A stretch of DNA of 64,000 bases from the NCBI GenBank assembly GCA_965209055.1, contig OZ242374.1, positions 1,344,001 through 1,408,000 of the forward strand, written 5' to 3'. Under the pieces are notes generated by a model. That model saw only the letters and a list, made by a program, of their open reading frames with translations. It did no database searches and had not been told where the DNA came from. Origin of the DNA: Acidobacteriota bacterium (GTDB lineage: Bacteria > Acidobacteriota > UBA6911 > RPQK01 > JAJDTT01). The translations under genes and the position numbers were made by a program. Shown here piece by piece: positions 29,549-39,407 of this stretch (position 1 is its first letter; each line of letters opens with the position of its first letter).

Positions 29549-30127
29549 ATGATCAACTCGGTTCGCATCCACCGGCGTTGCCGGTCCGGAACCCGCCGTC
29601 TGCTTCTCGCCATCAGCGCCGGCTGGGTCGCGCTGCTGTTGGCCTGCTCGCCGGGAAGCCGCCTGGACGCCGCCACCGACATCACTCTGTTCGGGGCCTG
29701 GGCTCCCGGTGGAAATCTGGCAACCATCGACGTGCGGGATTTTGCCGGATTCGGCGCAACCTTCGAGAGATACTTCGCCATCATCGGCTTCGAGAACACC
29801 TTTGCCTACTACAATCGTCCCGCGGACCTCACCGGGACCGGCGATGCCGGCTATGCCCTGACCAGCGGCCTGACTCTGAACATCCCCTTCTCCGGAAAAT
29901 TCGGCTACATCGCCGCCGGAGGCGGGCTCTTCCGCAAACAGAGCTCCTTGTCACTGGACCAGGGGACAAGTTTCCTGAGCAACATCGGCGGCGGCGTCAA
30001 ACTGCGCAAGCTTGCAGGCGCCCTGGGCCTGCGACTCGATTACAGGCGCTGCCGAATCTCCAACGTCCGGGGGCTGGCCTACGGATTCAACCAGATCTCC
30101 GCTGGCCTGATGGTGAGCTTCGACTGA
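29549..30127 (+). CDS. Outer membrane beta-barrel domain protein
   Basis: Signal peptide; alternating strands YIAAGGG, NIGGGVK, LRLDYR; C-terminal ..VSF. Confidence 0.7.
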   Translation: MINSVRIHRRCRSGTRRLLLAISAGWVALLLACSPGSRLDAATDITLFGAWAPGGNLATIDVRDFAGFGATFERYFAIIGFENTFAYYNRPADLTGTGDAGYALTSGLTLNIPFSGKFGYIAAGGGLFRKQSSLSLDQGTSFLSNIGGGVKLRKLAGALGLRLDYRRCRISNVRGLAYGFNQISAGLMVSFD

Positions 30128-30447
30128 TGGCGAATCAGGACCTGCCCGAATTCCTCCAGAGGGTGGTCGAGCGCTATCCTCAGGTATGGGACGATTACGG
30201 CCGGCTCAGCCGGACGGTCGGCGAGGTCGAAGGCCTCGACGTCCGCTCTCAACGCCTGGTCAAGTTGGGGATCGCCATCGGCGCCGGACGAAGGGGAGCC
30301 GTTCACTCCCATGCCCGCAAGTGCAGAAAGGCAGGCCTGAGCAACGCCGAGATCTACCATGCCGCACTCCTCGCCATCACCACCGTTGGCTGGTCCGGAG
30401 GCATTGCCGCGCTCTCATGGATCAACGATGAACTCGGCGAACTCTGA
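30127..30447 (+). CDS. Carboxymuconolactone decarboxylase (CMD/AhpD-like) family protein
   Basis: RLVKLGIAIG..GAVHSHARK..G; TGATG coupling. Confidence 0.85.
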   Translation: MANQDLPEFLQRVVERYPQVWDDYGRLSRTVGEVEGLDVRSQRLVKLGIAIGAGRRGAVHSHARKCRKAGLSNAEIYHAALLAITTVGWSGGIAALSWINDELGEL

Positions 30448-30504
30448 ACCTCGCCGGCCAGCGGTCGAGACGGTTTGGGGGAGTAAGACTCCTGGCGGAG
30501 ACGA

Positions 30505-31125
30505 CTAGTGAATCGTTTCGGCAAGGCGGCCTTCCAATTCGGGCCGCAACTCCACCATGCGCTTTTCGATAGCCTCCCGGATCCTGTAGCTGGCCGCCGC
30601 CATGGCTTCGAGAAGGCGATCCAGATTGGTGCTCTGTTCCAACTCCCGGGTGTCCCCCTGATTGAGCGTCACCAGCATCTGTGTCACCACCGCCATCAAA
30701 CGAGCCAATAGAAGGCCCAGTTGCGGTTCCAGGACATCCGGGTCGACTCCACGCTGGTCCAGCCTGCGGAGCCAGCGCAGATTCCCGTCCAGAATCCAGA
30801 GCGCCTGGAAACGGTAGCGGCCGGCGGTCCGGTCCCGGCCCGGATCGTACTCCTTCCTGATCCGATGCCAGAGGGACATCACCAACTGCTCCAACTCCCG
30901 CGCGTCCCGCCCCGGCCTGGCCCGGCGGCCCTCCAACACCCGGCGCACCACCGCGTCGGGGCTGGACCCGCCCCGATAGAGCTCGTCCTTGACATAGGCT
31001 TCGACCTCAGAACCTCTCAGGGCCAAGCCCATTGACAGAAGGGCCTTATCCAGCACGCCGTACGAATCGGTTGGAGACGAGCCAGCGCTTCGGGTCTCGG
31101 GAGTCGGAACATGATCAGTCGCCAT
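30505..31125 (-). CDS. Hypothetical protein (alpha-helical)
   Basis: ORF fills the gap and has a GGAG RBS-like motif upstream; no family recognised. Confidence 0.6.
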   Translation of the reverse strand: MATDHVPTPETRSAGSSPTDSYGVLDKALLSMGLALRGSEVEAYVKDELYRGGSSPDAVVRRVLEGRRARPGRDARELEQLVMSLWHRIRKEYDPGRDRTAGRYRFQALWILDGNLRWLRRLDQRGVDPDVLEPQLGLLLARLMAVVTQMLVTLNQGDTRELEQSTNLDRLLEAMAAASYRIREAIEKRMVELRPELEGRLAETIH

Positions 31126-31241
31126 ACTATTCGCCACTCCGGCCTCGCCTCTCCCGCGCCCGATCATACGCTCGGCCGGTGACGACTCCGGAAAGGCTCC
31201 TCTTCCTTCCCCCGTTCTCTTCACGGTAGACTTCACGCCGG

Positions 31242-31652
31242 ATGAGCAAAGAAATCGCAAACGAAGCTCCGGTTCCCGGCAACGACCAGTTGGAGCGGCA
31301 GAGAAAAGTGGCCGAAGCGCTTGGCGTGCCGGTCTGCAGGCGCCATATCTTTCTCTGCTGTGACCAGGCCAAGCCCAAATGCGCCGACCGCCAGCGGACC
31401 TTGGAGGCTTGGCAATACCTGAAGCGGCGCCTCAAGGAACTGGGGCTCTCGGAGCGGGGAGGGATATGCCGCACGAAAGCGGACTGCCTGCGAATCTGCA
31501 TGGACGGCCCCATGGCCGTGGTCTATCCGGAGGGAGCCTGGTATCGGCGCTGCGACCCGCCGGTTCTGGAACGAATCATCCGGGAACATCTGGTCGGCGG
31601 CCGCCTGGTCCGCGAGCACCTCATCATCGAACACGTCCTGGACCCGGACTGA
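31242..31652 (+). CDS. Thioredoxin-like [2Fe-2S] ferredoxin
   Basis: RHIFLC..C, CLRIC.DGP.AVVYPEG.WY, IIREHL. Confidence 0.88.
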   Translation: MSKEIANEAPVPGNDQLERQRKVAEALGVPVCRRHIFLCCDQAKPKCADRQRTLEAWQYLKRRLKELGLSERGGICRTKADCLRICMDGPMAVVYPEGAWYRRCDPPVLERIIREHLVGGRLVREHLIIEHVLDPD

Positions 31653-31678
31653 GGCGGAGAGGAACGGAGCCAAGAATC

Positions 31679-32215
31679 ATGCATCGAGAAGCAAGCCTTG
31701 AAAGTACGACAACGGCGGCGGTTGCTTTGCTTCTCTGTGGGGGCGTCCTGCTGGCTCAGGAGTCCGTGGCGACGTCTCCCCACGCAGTGGCGCGGGACAC
31801 GCTGCGCGGACTCGACGGCGTGCACGTCGTGGTGGAGGAACTCCGGCCCGAGGCCGTGGATGACGGCCTTTCCAAGGAAGCCATCGAGGAGGGAGTGGTC
31901 CAACGGCTGTGGGATGCCGGCGTCCGGGTCTTGATGGAAGACCAGTGGACCATCGCCGCGGGCGCGCCCTACCTCTACCTGAACGTCCACGCCGTGAAGA
32001 GCAAGGATCTCTATGTCTACGCCGTGGACCTGCAGTTGAACCAGAACGTGAGACTGGAGCGGCTTCCAAGCGTCGTGGTGGCCGCCACGACCTGGACGAC
32101 GGGGTGCCGGGTCGGCGCCGTATCGGCCGACTCGGTCCGCGTGCTGGCCCAGGTGGCCGCCCAGTCGGTGGATCGCTTCATCGAGGACTACCGGACCGCC
32201 AATTCGGCGAATTGA
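31679..32215 (+). CDS. Hypothetical secreted protein
   Basis: Signal-peptide-like N-terminus; TLRGLDGVHVVVE, APYLYLNV, TTW. Confidence 0.65.
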   Translation: MHREASLESTTTAAVALLLCGGVLLAQESVATSPHAVARDTLRGLDGVHVVVEELRPEAVDDGLSKEAIEEGVVQRLWDAGVRVLMEDQWTIAAGAPYLYLNVHAVKSKDLYVYAVDLQLNQNVRLERLPSVVVAATTWTTGCRVGAVSADSVRVLAQVAAQSVDRFIEDYRTANSAN

Positions 32216-32244
32216 TCCGCACCCGGCGAATCCTGTCCGCCTGC

Positions 32245-33702
32245 CTATTTTTCGGCGCCGGCCTGTTTCAGCGCCCGCACGGCTCCGACATGGCCTCGTT
32301 GCGCGGCCATCATCATGGCGGTCTGGCCATTCTCGGCCCGGGCGTGCAGCTTGGCGCCGGCCGCCGCCAACGCCTTCACGGTGGCCGGATCGTCCTTGCT
32401 GGCGGCGACCATGAGTGCCGTCATCCGATGTTCGGCCCGGGCGTTGACATCGGCGCCCGCATCCAGCAGCACCTGAACCAGTTCGGCGTACATTCCGGCC
32501 GCCGCCCACATCAGGGGGGTCTGCCCGCTGTGGTCCTTTTCCTTCACTTTGGCCCCGCGGGCGATCAGGGCCGTGACCAGGGACGTGCGTCCCGCCACGC
32601 AGGACCACATGAGCGGCGTCAGGCCATGCTTGTCCTTGTAATTGACCTCGATGTCCGGGTGGGTGAGCAGGGCCAAGCCAAGGGGCGAGAAGCCTCTCTC
32701 GATAGCCAGGAGCAGAGCCCGTTCGTTTTTCTTGTTCCGGGCGTTGACATCGGCGCCAGCCGCCAGCACAGCCTGGGCCGCCACGATGAAACCCCTGCGG
32801 GCGGCCTCCAGTAGAGGAGTGTTCCTGTTTCGGTCCGGCGTATTGGGGTCGGCGCCCGCCGCCAACAGGGATTGGACCGATGAGACGTCCCCCATTTCCA
32901 CCGCCAGGAGAAGGGGAGTCTTTTTCTCCTTGTCCTTCTTCTCGAAATCGGCACCCGCCTGAATCAGAGCGTGGAGAGCGGCCCCCTCGCCGTTGGCCGC
33001 GGCAATCATGACGGGAGTCCGGCCGTCTCGATCCGGAGCGTCGGCGTCGGCTCCCGCCGTCAGGAGAGCCTGCACCATGGCGGCGTCGCCGCGGGACGCA
33101 GCGAAATGAAGTGCCGTCTCATTCCGCCGGTTCCGGCCCTTGACATCGGCGCCCGCCGCCAGCAGGGCTCGAACCGTAGCTGCGTCCCCCGTCTCGGCCG
33201 CGCCCAGCAAGGGCGTCGTCGGCCGAGGGCCCCCGGTGTTCACGTCGGCTCCCGCGGCCAGCAAGGCCTGAACCGTGGATGAGGCTCCGCCTTCCGCAGC
33301 CAATTGGAGTGGCCGCCGCTGCTGCCGGTCTTCGGCCGTCGTGGACGCCCCCTTGATCAATAGCGCCTGCGTGATCGTGGCGTCACCCCGTTCCGCCGCC
33401 ACCAACAGCGGCGTCCTTCCGTTGCTATCTGCCAGATTCGGATCGGCGCCCCGGAGCAGCAAGGTCCAGATGGCGTTCAAGTCGCCTCGGTCCACCGCGA
33501 CCAGCAACAGGGATCGGCCCCGCTCGTCGATGGAATTGACGTCGGCGACGGCTCCAATTAGTCTCTCGAAGGTCTCGACATCCCCCCTCTCGATGGCATC
33601 GACCAAGGTCCGCTGGTCAGATTCGGGGGCGCCGTAGGCAACGGCAAGAAAGCATCCGAGGAGAGCGATCCGGATGATCCCTGTGAGCGGCTTCCACATC
33701 AT
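32245..33702 (-). CDS. Secreted ankyrin repeat protein (about 13 repeats)
   Basis: Repeated G.TPL..AA..G....V..LL.AGADVN; signal peptide MMWKPL..AYGA. Confidence 0.92.
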   Translation of the reverse strand: MMWKPLTGIIRIALLGCFLAVAYGAPESDQRTLVDAIERGDVETFERLIGAVADVNSIDERGRSLLLVAVDRGDLNAIWTLLLRGADPNLADSNGRTPLLVAAERGDATITQALLIKGASTTAEDRQQRRPLQLAAEGGASSTVQALLAAGADVNTGGPRPTTPLLGAAETGDAATVRALLAAGADVKGRNRRNETALHFAASRGDAAMVQALLTAGADADAPDRDGRTPVMIAAANGEGAALHALIQAGADFEKKDKEKKTPLLLAVEMGDVSSVQSLLAAGADPNTPDRNRNTPLLEAARRGFIVAAQAVLAAGADVNARNKKNERALLLAIERGFSPLGLALLTHPDIEVNYKDKHGLTPLMWSCVAGRTSLVTALIARGAKVKEKDHSGQTPLMWAAAGMYAELVQVLLDAGADVNARAEHRMTALMVAASKDDPATVKALAAAGAKLHARAENGQTAMMMAAQRGHVGAVRALKQAGAEK

Positions 33703-33881
33703 GTCCGGGGGTCCCGCCGGCCGGTTTCCGAAATGGCAAACCCGGGCCCGTGAAACCAAGAATAGCATAGTGTTTTCCCGGGGCCCCGAGAGGGTATCGA
33801 GCGTACGCGGGACGGCGTCCGGATTCGCCGCCTGGTCCGGTGACGAAACCTTGAACGGCACTCCAGGTCAGGAACATTGAG

Positions 33882-35438
33882 ATGAAGAGAAGGGATTTCG
33901 TCAGAGCTTCGTTGGGTTTGCCGGCCGCCGGTCTGGCGGCGGTTCCGGCGGCGGCCGGACAGGGCCTGGAGCCGGCGTCGAGGCCGCGGCCCGGGATCCT
34001 GGAGTTGGCGGGACAGAAGCAGCTTTTTCTTGACGATTGGATGATCGAGGAGGCGAACCGGATCTCCCGCTTCATGTATCGCCCATGGAAATATCCGGGA
34101 AATCCCATCCTGCAGCGGGATCGGCCGTGGGAAATGGGAGATGCCTCCGAATATTTTCGCGGAGTTCAAATTTTTGGCCAGAGCGTCCTCTACGACGAAG
34201 AGGACAAGATCTTCAAGATGTGGTACCTGCCGTGGGGTTTCCGGGATGGAAGCCGCCTCTGGTGCCATGCCGTCTCTGAAGACGGCTACAACTGGGAGAA
34301 GCCTGAACTGGGCATCTACGACTTCCAGGGATCCAAGCAGAACAACATCATGGCCAATTTCGGGGATCCCAATTACTTCAACGTCATCAAGGATCCACAC
34401 GACCCCGATCCCCAGCGGCGTTACAAGGCCTTGGGCGAACAGGAGGGCCCGGTTCCCAACCAAACCGGCGGCGCCGCGGTGGCCTTTTCTCCCGACGGCC
34501 TGCACTGGACGCCTTGGCCCGGGAACCCGGTGATTCGCCACGGGGCCAATCTGGGCGACGGGCCCACTTTGATGGGGTGGGACCCGCTTCGAAAGAAACA
34601 TGTCCTGTATCCCCGGCCCGGCCACCCGTTGGCCATGGAAATCCACGGCAACGGCGTCCACCGGCATATCCGCACCATCGGCTATTCCGAGAGTGACGAT
34701 TTTGTCCACTGGACACCCACGCGCATCATGCTGGCGCCGGACCGGCACGACCGGGTCGATTACCAATTCATGTGCTTCACCTCAGGGGTGACCGCAGGCA
34801 TCTACGTGGGTTTTCTCTGGATGCACGAAACCCACGAGCAGGTGTGGGACATCTTCCTGATGACCAGCCGCGACGGGTTCAACTGGAGCTGGGTGGATCG
34901 GAAAGTCCCATTTCTGGGCCGGGGTGAGATCGGAAGCTACGACGCCGGCTACATGTCCCCCAACGGGCCCATCTTCCATGACGGGAAGATCTGGATCTAC
35001 TACTGCGCCTTCAGCGGAGCCCACAGCTACCGTCCGAGCAAGCTGGGCTCCAGGAACAACATATCGATCGCCCTGGCGACACTTCCCGAAGATCGGTGGC
35101 TGGGCCTGCTGGCCGGTCCTTTCCAAGGGACGATCCTGACCCGGCCCTTCACCTTTACCGGCTCGAAACTGATGCTGGACATCGACGCTTCGCTGCCCAT
35201 GGAGCTCCCCAAGAGCTATCGCAATTTCGATGAGTGCGAGGTCCGGGGAGCGCTCGTGGACCCGTCGGGAGGGAGCATCGAAGGCTTCTCGCTGGAGCAG
35301 TCGATTCCACTGCTGGAGAGCGGGCGTCAGGAGTTGCGCTGGCGTGGCGCCCAGGTCTCCCAACTGGAAGGCAAGCCGGTGAGATTGCGGTTGGCCATGC
35401 GGGCGGCGGCCCTCTACTCGCTCCAGTTCGTCTCCTGA
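33882..35438 (+). CDS. Tat-exported glycoside hydrolase-like beta-propeller protein (GH32/43-like)
   Basis: MKRRDF twin-arginine signal; QLFLDD, NPIL..DRPWE, repeated S.DG..W Asp-box motifs. Confidence 0.75.
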   Translation: MKRRDFVRASLGLPAAGLAAVPAAAGQGLEPASRPRPGILELAGQKQLFLDDWMIEEANRISRFMYRPWKYPGNPILQRDRPWEMGDASEYFRGVQIFGQSVLYDEEDKIFKMWYLPWGFRDGSRLWCHAVSEDGYNWEKPELGIYDFQGSKQNNIMANFGDPNYFNVIKDPHDPDPQRRYKALGEQEGPVPNQTGGAAVAFSPDGLHWTPWPGNPVIRHGANLGDGPTLMGWDPLRKKHVLYPRPGHPLAMEIHGNGVHRHIRTIGYSESDDFVHWTPTRIMLAPDRHDRVDYQFMCFTSGVTAGIYVGFLWMHETHEQVWDIFLMTSRDGFNWSWVDRKVPFLGRGEIGSYDAGYMSPNGPIFHDGKIWIYYCAFSGAHSYRPSKLGSRNNISIALATLPEDRWLGLLAGPFQGTILTRPFTFTGSKLMLDIDASLPMELPKSYRNFDECEVRGALVDPSGGSIEGFSLEQSIPLLESGRQELRWRGAQVSQLEGKPVRLRLAMRAAALYSLQFVS

Positions 35439-35456
35439 CGACCGGTCGTAGTAGAC

Positions 35457-36479
35457 TTGGGCGCGAGGTCGGACTTGAGGAAATCCAGATTCCTGATTAC
35501 CGGCGGCGCCGGTTTCATCGGCTCCCACGCGGCGGACGCGCTGATCGCCAGGGGAGACCGTGTCGTCGTCGTGGACAACCTGTCGACGGGACGCCTCTCC
35601 AACATCCGGCATCTTCTGGACCATCCACGATTCCAATTCGTTCGCGCCAACATCACCGACGAAGTCGTGATGGATCGTCTCGCCTCCACCTCCGACGTCA
35701 TACTCCATTTCGCGGCAGCCGTGGGCGTCCAGCTCATCGTCCGGGACCCCGTCCACACCATCGAGACCAACATCATGGGGACCGAGGCCATTCTCAAGGC
35801 CGCCCTCCGCTACCGATGCCGTGTTCTGTTGGCGAGTACGTCGGAGGTCTACGGCAAGGGGGTGAAGATCCCGTTCAGCGAGGAAGACGACCTGCTGCTG
35901 GGGGGAACCCAAAAGAGCCGGTGGGCTTACGGCGCCAGCAAGATGATCGACGAGTTTCTGGGCTTGGCCTACCAGCGGCAATACGACCTCGACGTCGTCG
36001 TGTTCAGGCTCTTCAACACCGTCGGACCGCGCCAGCGGGGGCGCTACGGCATGGTGGTGCCTCGATTCATCCGCCAGGCCCTCGCCGGAGAGCCCATCAC
36101 GGTCTACGGTGACGGCTCCCAGACCCGATGCTTCTGCGACGTCAGAGATGCCGCCGAGGCCCTGATCCGCCTGGCCGCGAGTCCCGGTGCAACGGGGGGT
36201 GTCTACAATGTCGGCAACGATCAGGAGGTTTCCATCAACCAACTCGCTCGCCGGGTCAGGGTTCTGACCGGATCCTCCTCACCCATCGTCCATATTTCCT
36301 ACTCCGAAGCCTATGGGAAGGGCTTCGAGGACATGCAGCGCCGCGTGCCCGACCTCTCCCGAATCCGGGCGCTCGTGGGATGGAGATCCACCCGGACTCT
36401 GGACGAGATCCTGATTGCAGTAAGAGACCATGAGCAGCCCCTTCCGGACCGCCTCAAAGTTGAATCCGCTCCCTCCTGA
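35457..36479 (+). CDS. NAD-dependent nucleotide-sugar epimerase/dehydratase (UDP-GlcA decarboxylase-like)
   Basis: ITGGAGFIGSH, STSEVYGK, RWAYGASK, RLFNTVGPRQ. Confidence 0.9.
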   Translation: MGARSDLRKSRFLITGGAGFIGSHAADALIARGDRVVVVDNLSTGRLSNIRHLLDHPRFQFVRANITDEVVMDRLASTSDVILHFAAAVGVQLIVRDPVHTIETNIMGTEAILKAALRYRCRVLLASTSEVYGKGVKIPFSEEDDLLLGGTQKSRWAYGASKMIDEFLGLAYQRQYDLDVVVFRLFNTVGPRQRGRYGMVVPRFIRQALAGEPITVYGDGSQTRCFCDVRDAAEALIRLAASPGATGGVYNVGNDQEVSINQLARRVRVLTGSSSPIVHISYSEAYGKGFEDMQRRVPDLSRIRALVGWRSTRTLDEILIAVRDHEQPLPDRLKVESAPS

Positions 36480-37596
36480 CAGCCCCGCGCAGGAACCGGT
36501 GCCCCTGCTGGATCTGAAGCGGCAGACCCGGCTGCTGGAACCCCGGATCACGGCCGCCATGCGCGAAGTCCTGGATTCCGGCGAGTTCATTCTGGGTCCG
36601 GCTGTCGTTCGGCTGGAGGAGAGGATGGCCCGTTACTGCCAGTGCCGCTACGCCGTGGCCGTCGCTTCGGGGACCGACGCGCTGCGCCTGACCCTTTCGG
36701 CTCTCGGCGTCGGCCCCGGCGACGAAGTGATCACGACCCCCTTCAGCTTCGTTGCGACGGCGGGCACCATTCTCCGTTGCGGTGCGACCCCGGTGTTCGC
36801 CGACATCGACCCCGGCAGCTACAACCTGGATCCGGACCGGATCGAGTCCGCCATCACCTCCCGAACCCGGGCGATCCTCCCGGTTCACCTCTATGGGCAG
36901 CCGGCGGACATGGATCCGATTCGGGACCTGGCGGCGGCGCGGGGGTTGAAGGTGATCGAGGACTGTGCGCAGGCGGCGGGAGCCTGCTACGGCGGCGCGG
37001 TGGTCGGTTCCCTGGGCGACGCCGGCTGTCTCAGCTTCTTCCCTACCAAGAATCTGGGGGCCTTCGGCGACGCAGGGATGATCGTCACCGACAACGCCGA
37101 ATTCGGCGAGCGGCTGGCCCTCCTCCGGAATCAGGGGAACCGCCGCAAGCACCGGGCCGACGTCCTTGGGTTCAACAGCCGGATGGACACTCTCCAGGCC
37201 GCCATACTCGAGGTCAAGCTGGATTCTCTGGAGGATTGGAACTCCCGACGGCAAGCCATCGCCCGGCGTTACAACCGTTGGCTCGGAGAAACTCCCGTCA
37301 GGACGCCGCCAGAATCTCGCCGCAGCCGCCACGTCTACAACGTCTACACGCTGCGGGCGCCTCGCCGTGACCGGCTCGCCAACCGGCTGGCCGGCCGGGG
37401 AATTGGAAACGCCGTCTACTATCCGGTCCCTCTACATCTCCAGGGAGCCTTCTCCCGCCTGGGGCACACTCCGGGAAGCCTGCCGGCGGCCGAGACGGCA
37501 AGCCGCGAGGTGATCTCGCTACCCATCTTTCCCGAGCTGACGCTGGAACAGCAGAGGCGGGTCTGCGAGGAAATAGTCGACTTCTACCGGGACTGA
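36430..37596 (+). CDS. DegT/DnrJ/EryC1/StrS PLP-dependent sugar aminotransferase (start uncertain)
   Basis: SGTDAL, PVHLYGQ, EDCAQA, SFFPTKNLGAFGDAG. Confidence 0.92.
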   Translation: MSSPFRTASKLNPLPPDSPAQEPVPLLDLKRQTRLLEPRITAAMREVLDSGEFILGPAVVRLEERMARYCQCRYAVAVASGTDALRLTLSALGVGPGDEVITTPFSFVATAGTILRCGATPVFADIDPGSYNLDPDRIESAITSRTRAILPVHLYGQPADMDPIRDLAAARGLKVIEDCAQAAGACYGGAVVGSLGDAGCLSFFPTKNLGAFGDAGMIVTDNAEFGERLALLRNQGNRRKHRADVLGFNSRMDTLQAAILEVKLDSLEDWNSRRQAIARRYNRWLGETPVRTPPESRRSRHVYNVYTLRAPRRDRLANRLAGRGIGNAVYYPVPLHLQGAFSRLGHTPGSLPAAETASREVISLPIFPELTLEQQRRVCEEIVDFYRD

Positions 37597-37642
37597 CGGC
37601 CATTCCCGTGCCCGATCAAGCCTCAATCGAGGCGGCCAGGAA

Positions 37643-37728
37643 TGCCCGGAGTGGGACTCGAACCCACACGGAGGTGAACCTCCTCAGGATTTTAAGTCCT
37701 GTGCGTCTGCCAATTCCGCCATCCGGGC
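37643..37728 (-). tRNA. tRNA-Leu(UAA), long variable arm, CCA not encoded
   Basis: GCCCGGATGGCGGAATTGGCAGACGCACAGGACTTAAAATCCTG..GGTTCGAGTCCCACTCCGGGCA cloverleaf. Confidence 0.97.
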
Positions 37729-37956
37729 ACATAATTCCTTCCCCTCGGAACCTGGATGCAAAAACCTCCGAAAAAAACTCACGCTCGATCAGTCACTTAA
37801 TGCCAGATTCATCGTGGGATATGACCGGCGCTGCATCCACGACCTCCGTGTTGGTCCGAACTTCCTTCCCGGACGACTCGATTCATGAGGATTCTACCAT
37901 CCTCGGATCGGGTCCGGCTGGCCGGCGCCATCCTTCGCCTTGCGGTGAATCACGAC

Positions 37957-37965
37957 TGCTATAAT
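37957..37965 (+). promoter_or_regulatory. Extended -10 promoter (TGcTATAAT) for gltX
   Basis: Perfect TGnTATAAT ending 8 nt before ATG 37974. Confidence 0.6.
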
Positions 37966-37973
37966 CGGACGCC

Positions 37974-39407
37974 ATGAGCCGCGTCCGGGTCCGTTTCGCC
38001 CCCAGCCCAACCGGATACCTTCACCTCGGCGGCGCCAGGACCGCCCTCTTCAACTGGCTCCTGGCCAGAAAAGCGCAGGGAACCTTCATTTTGCGAGTTG
38101 AAGATACGGACGCCCGGCGTTCCAGCCAGGAAATGGCAGAAGGAATCATGGACGGGCTGCGCTGGCTGGGTCTGGACTGGGACCAGGGACCCTTCTACCA
38201 GTCGCAGCGGCGCGAGCTCTATCGGGAAGCGGCCGAAAGAACCTTTGCCGGCAATCATGCCTACGCCTGCTTCTGTCCTCCGGAGGAAATTCAGGCTCGC
38301 TCGGCCGAGTCCCGCTCGGCCGGCCGGATCTGGAGAGACCAGGGTTGCCGGAATCGAGCCTCGCACCTTGCCAGGTCGCGAGTCGAGGCGGGAGAAGCCC
38401 ACACCCTCCGCTTCCGGGTTCCGGCGGACCGCAGGATCGTCTTTCAGGACCAAGTCTACGGAAAGGTATCGCTCTTTACGGACAACGTCGAGGACTTCAC
38501 CCTTCTCCGGTCCGACGGAAGTCCCACCTACCACCTGAGCGTGGTGACCGACGATTGGGAGATGGGAATCTCCCACGTGATCCGGGGAGCGGACCATCTT
38601 TCCAACACTCCGAAGCAGATCCTGCTGCATGAGGCACTTGGCAACCAGGCGCCCGGCTATGCCCACCTTCCCCTGATTCTGGGTCCCGACAAGAAACGGC
38701 TGAGCAAGAGGAACGGGGCCGAGTCGGTGCTCGAGTATCGGGAACATGGATTCCTTCCCGGGGCTCTGTGCAATTATCTGGCGCTCCTCGGCTGGTCTCC
38801 GGGCGACGACCGCGAACTCTTTTCCGACGGCGAGCTGGTGAAGAGCTTCGATCTGGCCCGGGTCAACAAGGCCAACGCCGTCTTCGATCGGCGGAAGTTG
38901 GAGTGGATGAATTCCCGCTATCTGGCCGACTCGAACAGCCATGACCTGACCCGGCACCTGCAACCGTTCCTTGAACCCTCCGGAGACGGTCAGAATGACG
39001 GGCGCCTGCTTCCGGTCATCACCCTGCTCAAGAGCCGATTGAACCGGCTCTCGGACTTTCCCGAGATGGCGGTTCCTTTTCTGACCGACGAATTCGACTA
39101 TGAATCCAAGGCGGTGAGCCGCCACTTTTCCCTCGCTGACCCGGAGGAACGCTCCCGGCTCCGAAGATGGTTGGAGACCCTGGCCGCTGAATACGAGCAG
39201 CTCAAAGAGTTCAACCTGGAGACGGTGGAGGCGGTGCTCCGGGGAACGGCCAAGGACTCGGGCTTCAAGATCGGGGCCTTCTTCGGCGCCGTGCGGGTGG
39301 CGCTGACGGGAAGGACCGCGGCTCCGGGAATCTTCGATGTGATCGTGACATTGGGGCGGCAAAGAGTCGTCGAGCGCCTTAAAAGGTGTCTGAAACTCCT
39401 CCAATGA
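37974..39407 (+). CDS. gltX: Glutamate--tRNA ligase
   Basis: RFAPSPTGYLHLGG, RVEDTD, VIRGADH, LSKR. Confidence 0.96.
   Translation: MSRVRVRFAPSPTGYLHLGGARTALFNWLLARKAQGTFILRVEDTDARRSSQEMAEGIMDGLRWLGLDWDQGPFYQSQRRELYREAAERTFAGNHAYACFCPPEEIQARSAESRSAGRIWRDQGCRNRASHLARSRVEAGEAHTLRFRVPADRRIVFQDQVYGKVSLFTDNVEDFTLLRSDGSPTYHLSVVTDDWEMGISHVIRGADHLSNTPKQILLHEALGNQAPGYAHLPLILGPDKKRLSKRNGAESVLEYREHGFLPGALCNYLALLGWSPGDDRELFSDGELVKSFDLARVNKANAVFDRRKLEWMNSRYLADSNSHDLTRHLQPFLEPSGDGQNDGRLLPVITLLKSRLNRLSDFPEMAVPFLTDEFDYESKAVSRHFSLADPEERSRLRRWLETLAAEYEQLKEFNLETVEAVLRGTAKDSGFKIGAFFGAVRVALTGRTAAPGIFDVIVTLGRQRVVERLKRCLKLLQ

Noticed and set aside
37600-37728. tRNA-Leu as an integration site or intron host
   Set aside because: No integrase nearby, no duplicated 3' end noticed by eye (not exhaustively searched), and the anticodon loop is uninterrupted
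37730-37973. T-box riboswitch upstream of gltX
   Set aside because: No GGTGGNACC T-box motif, and a -10 box lies immediately before the start codon
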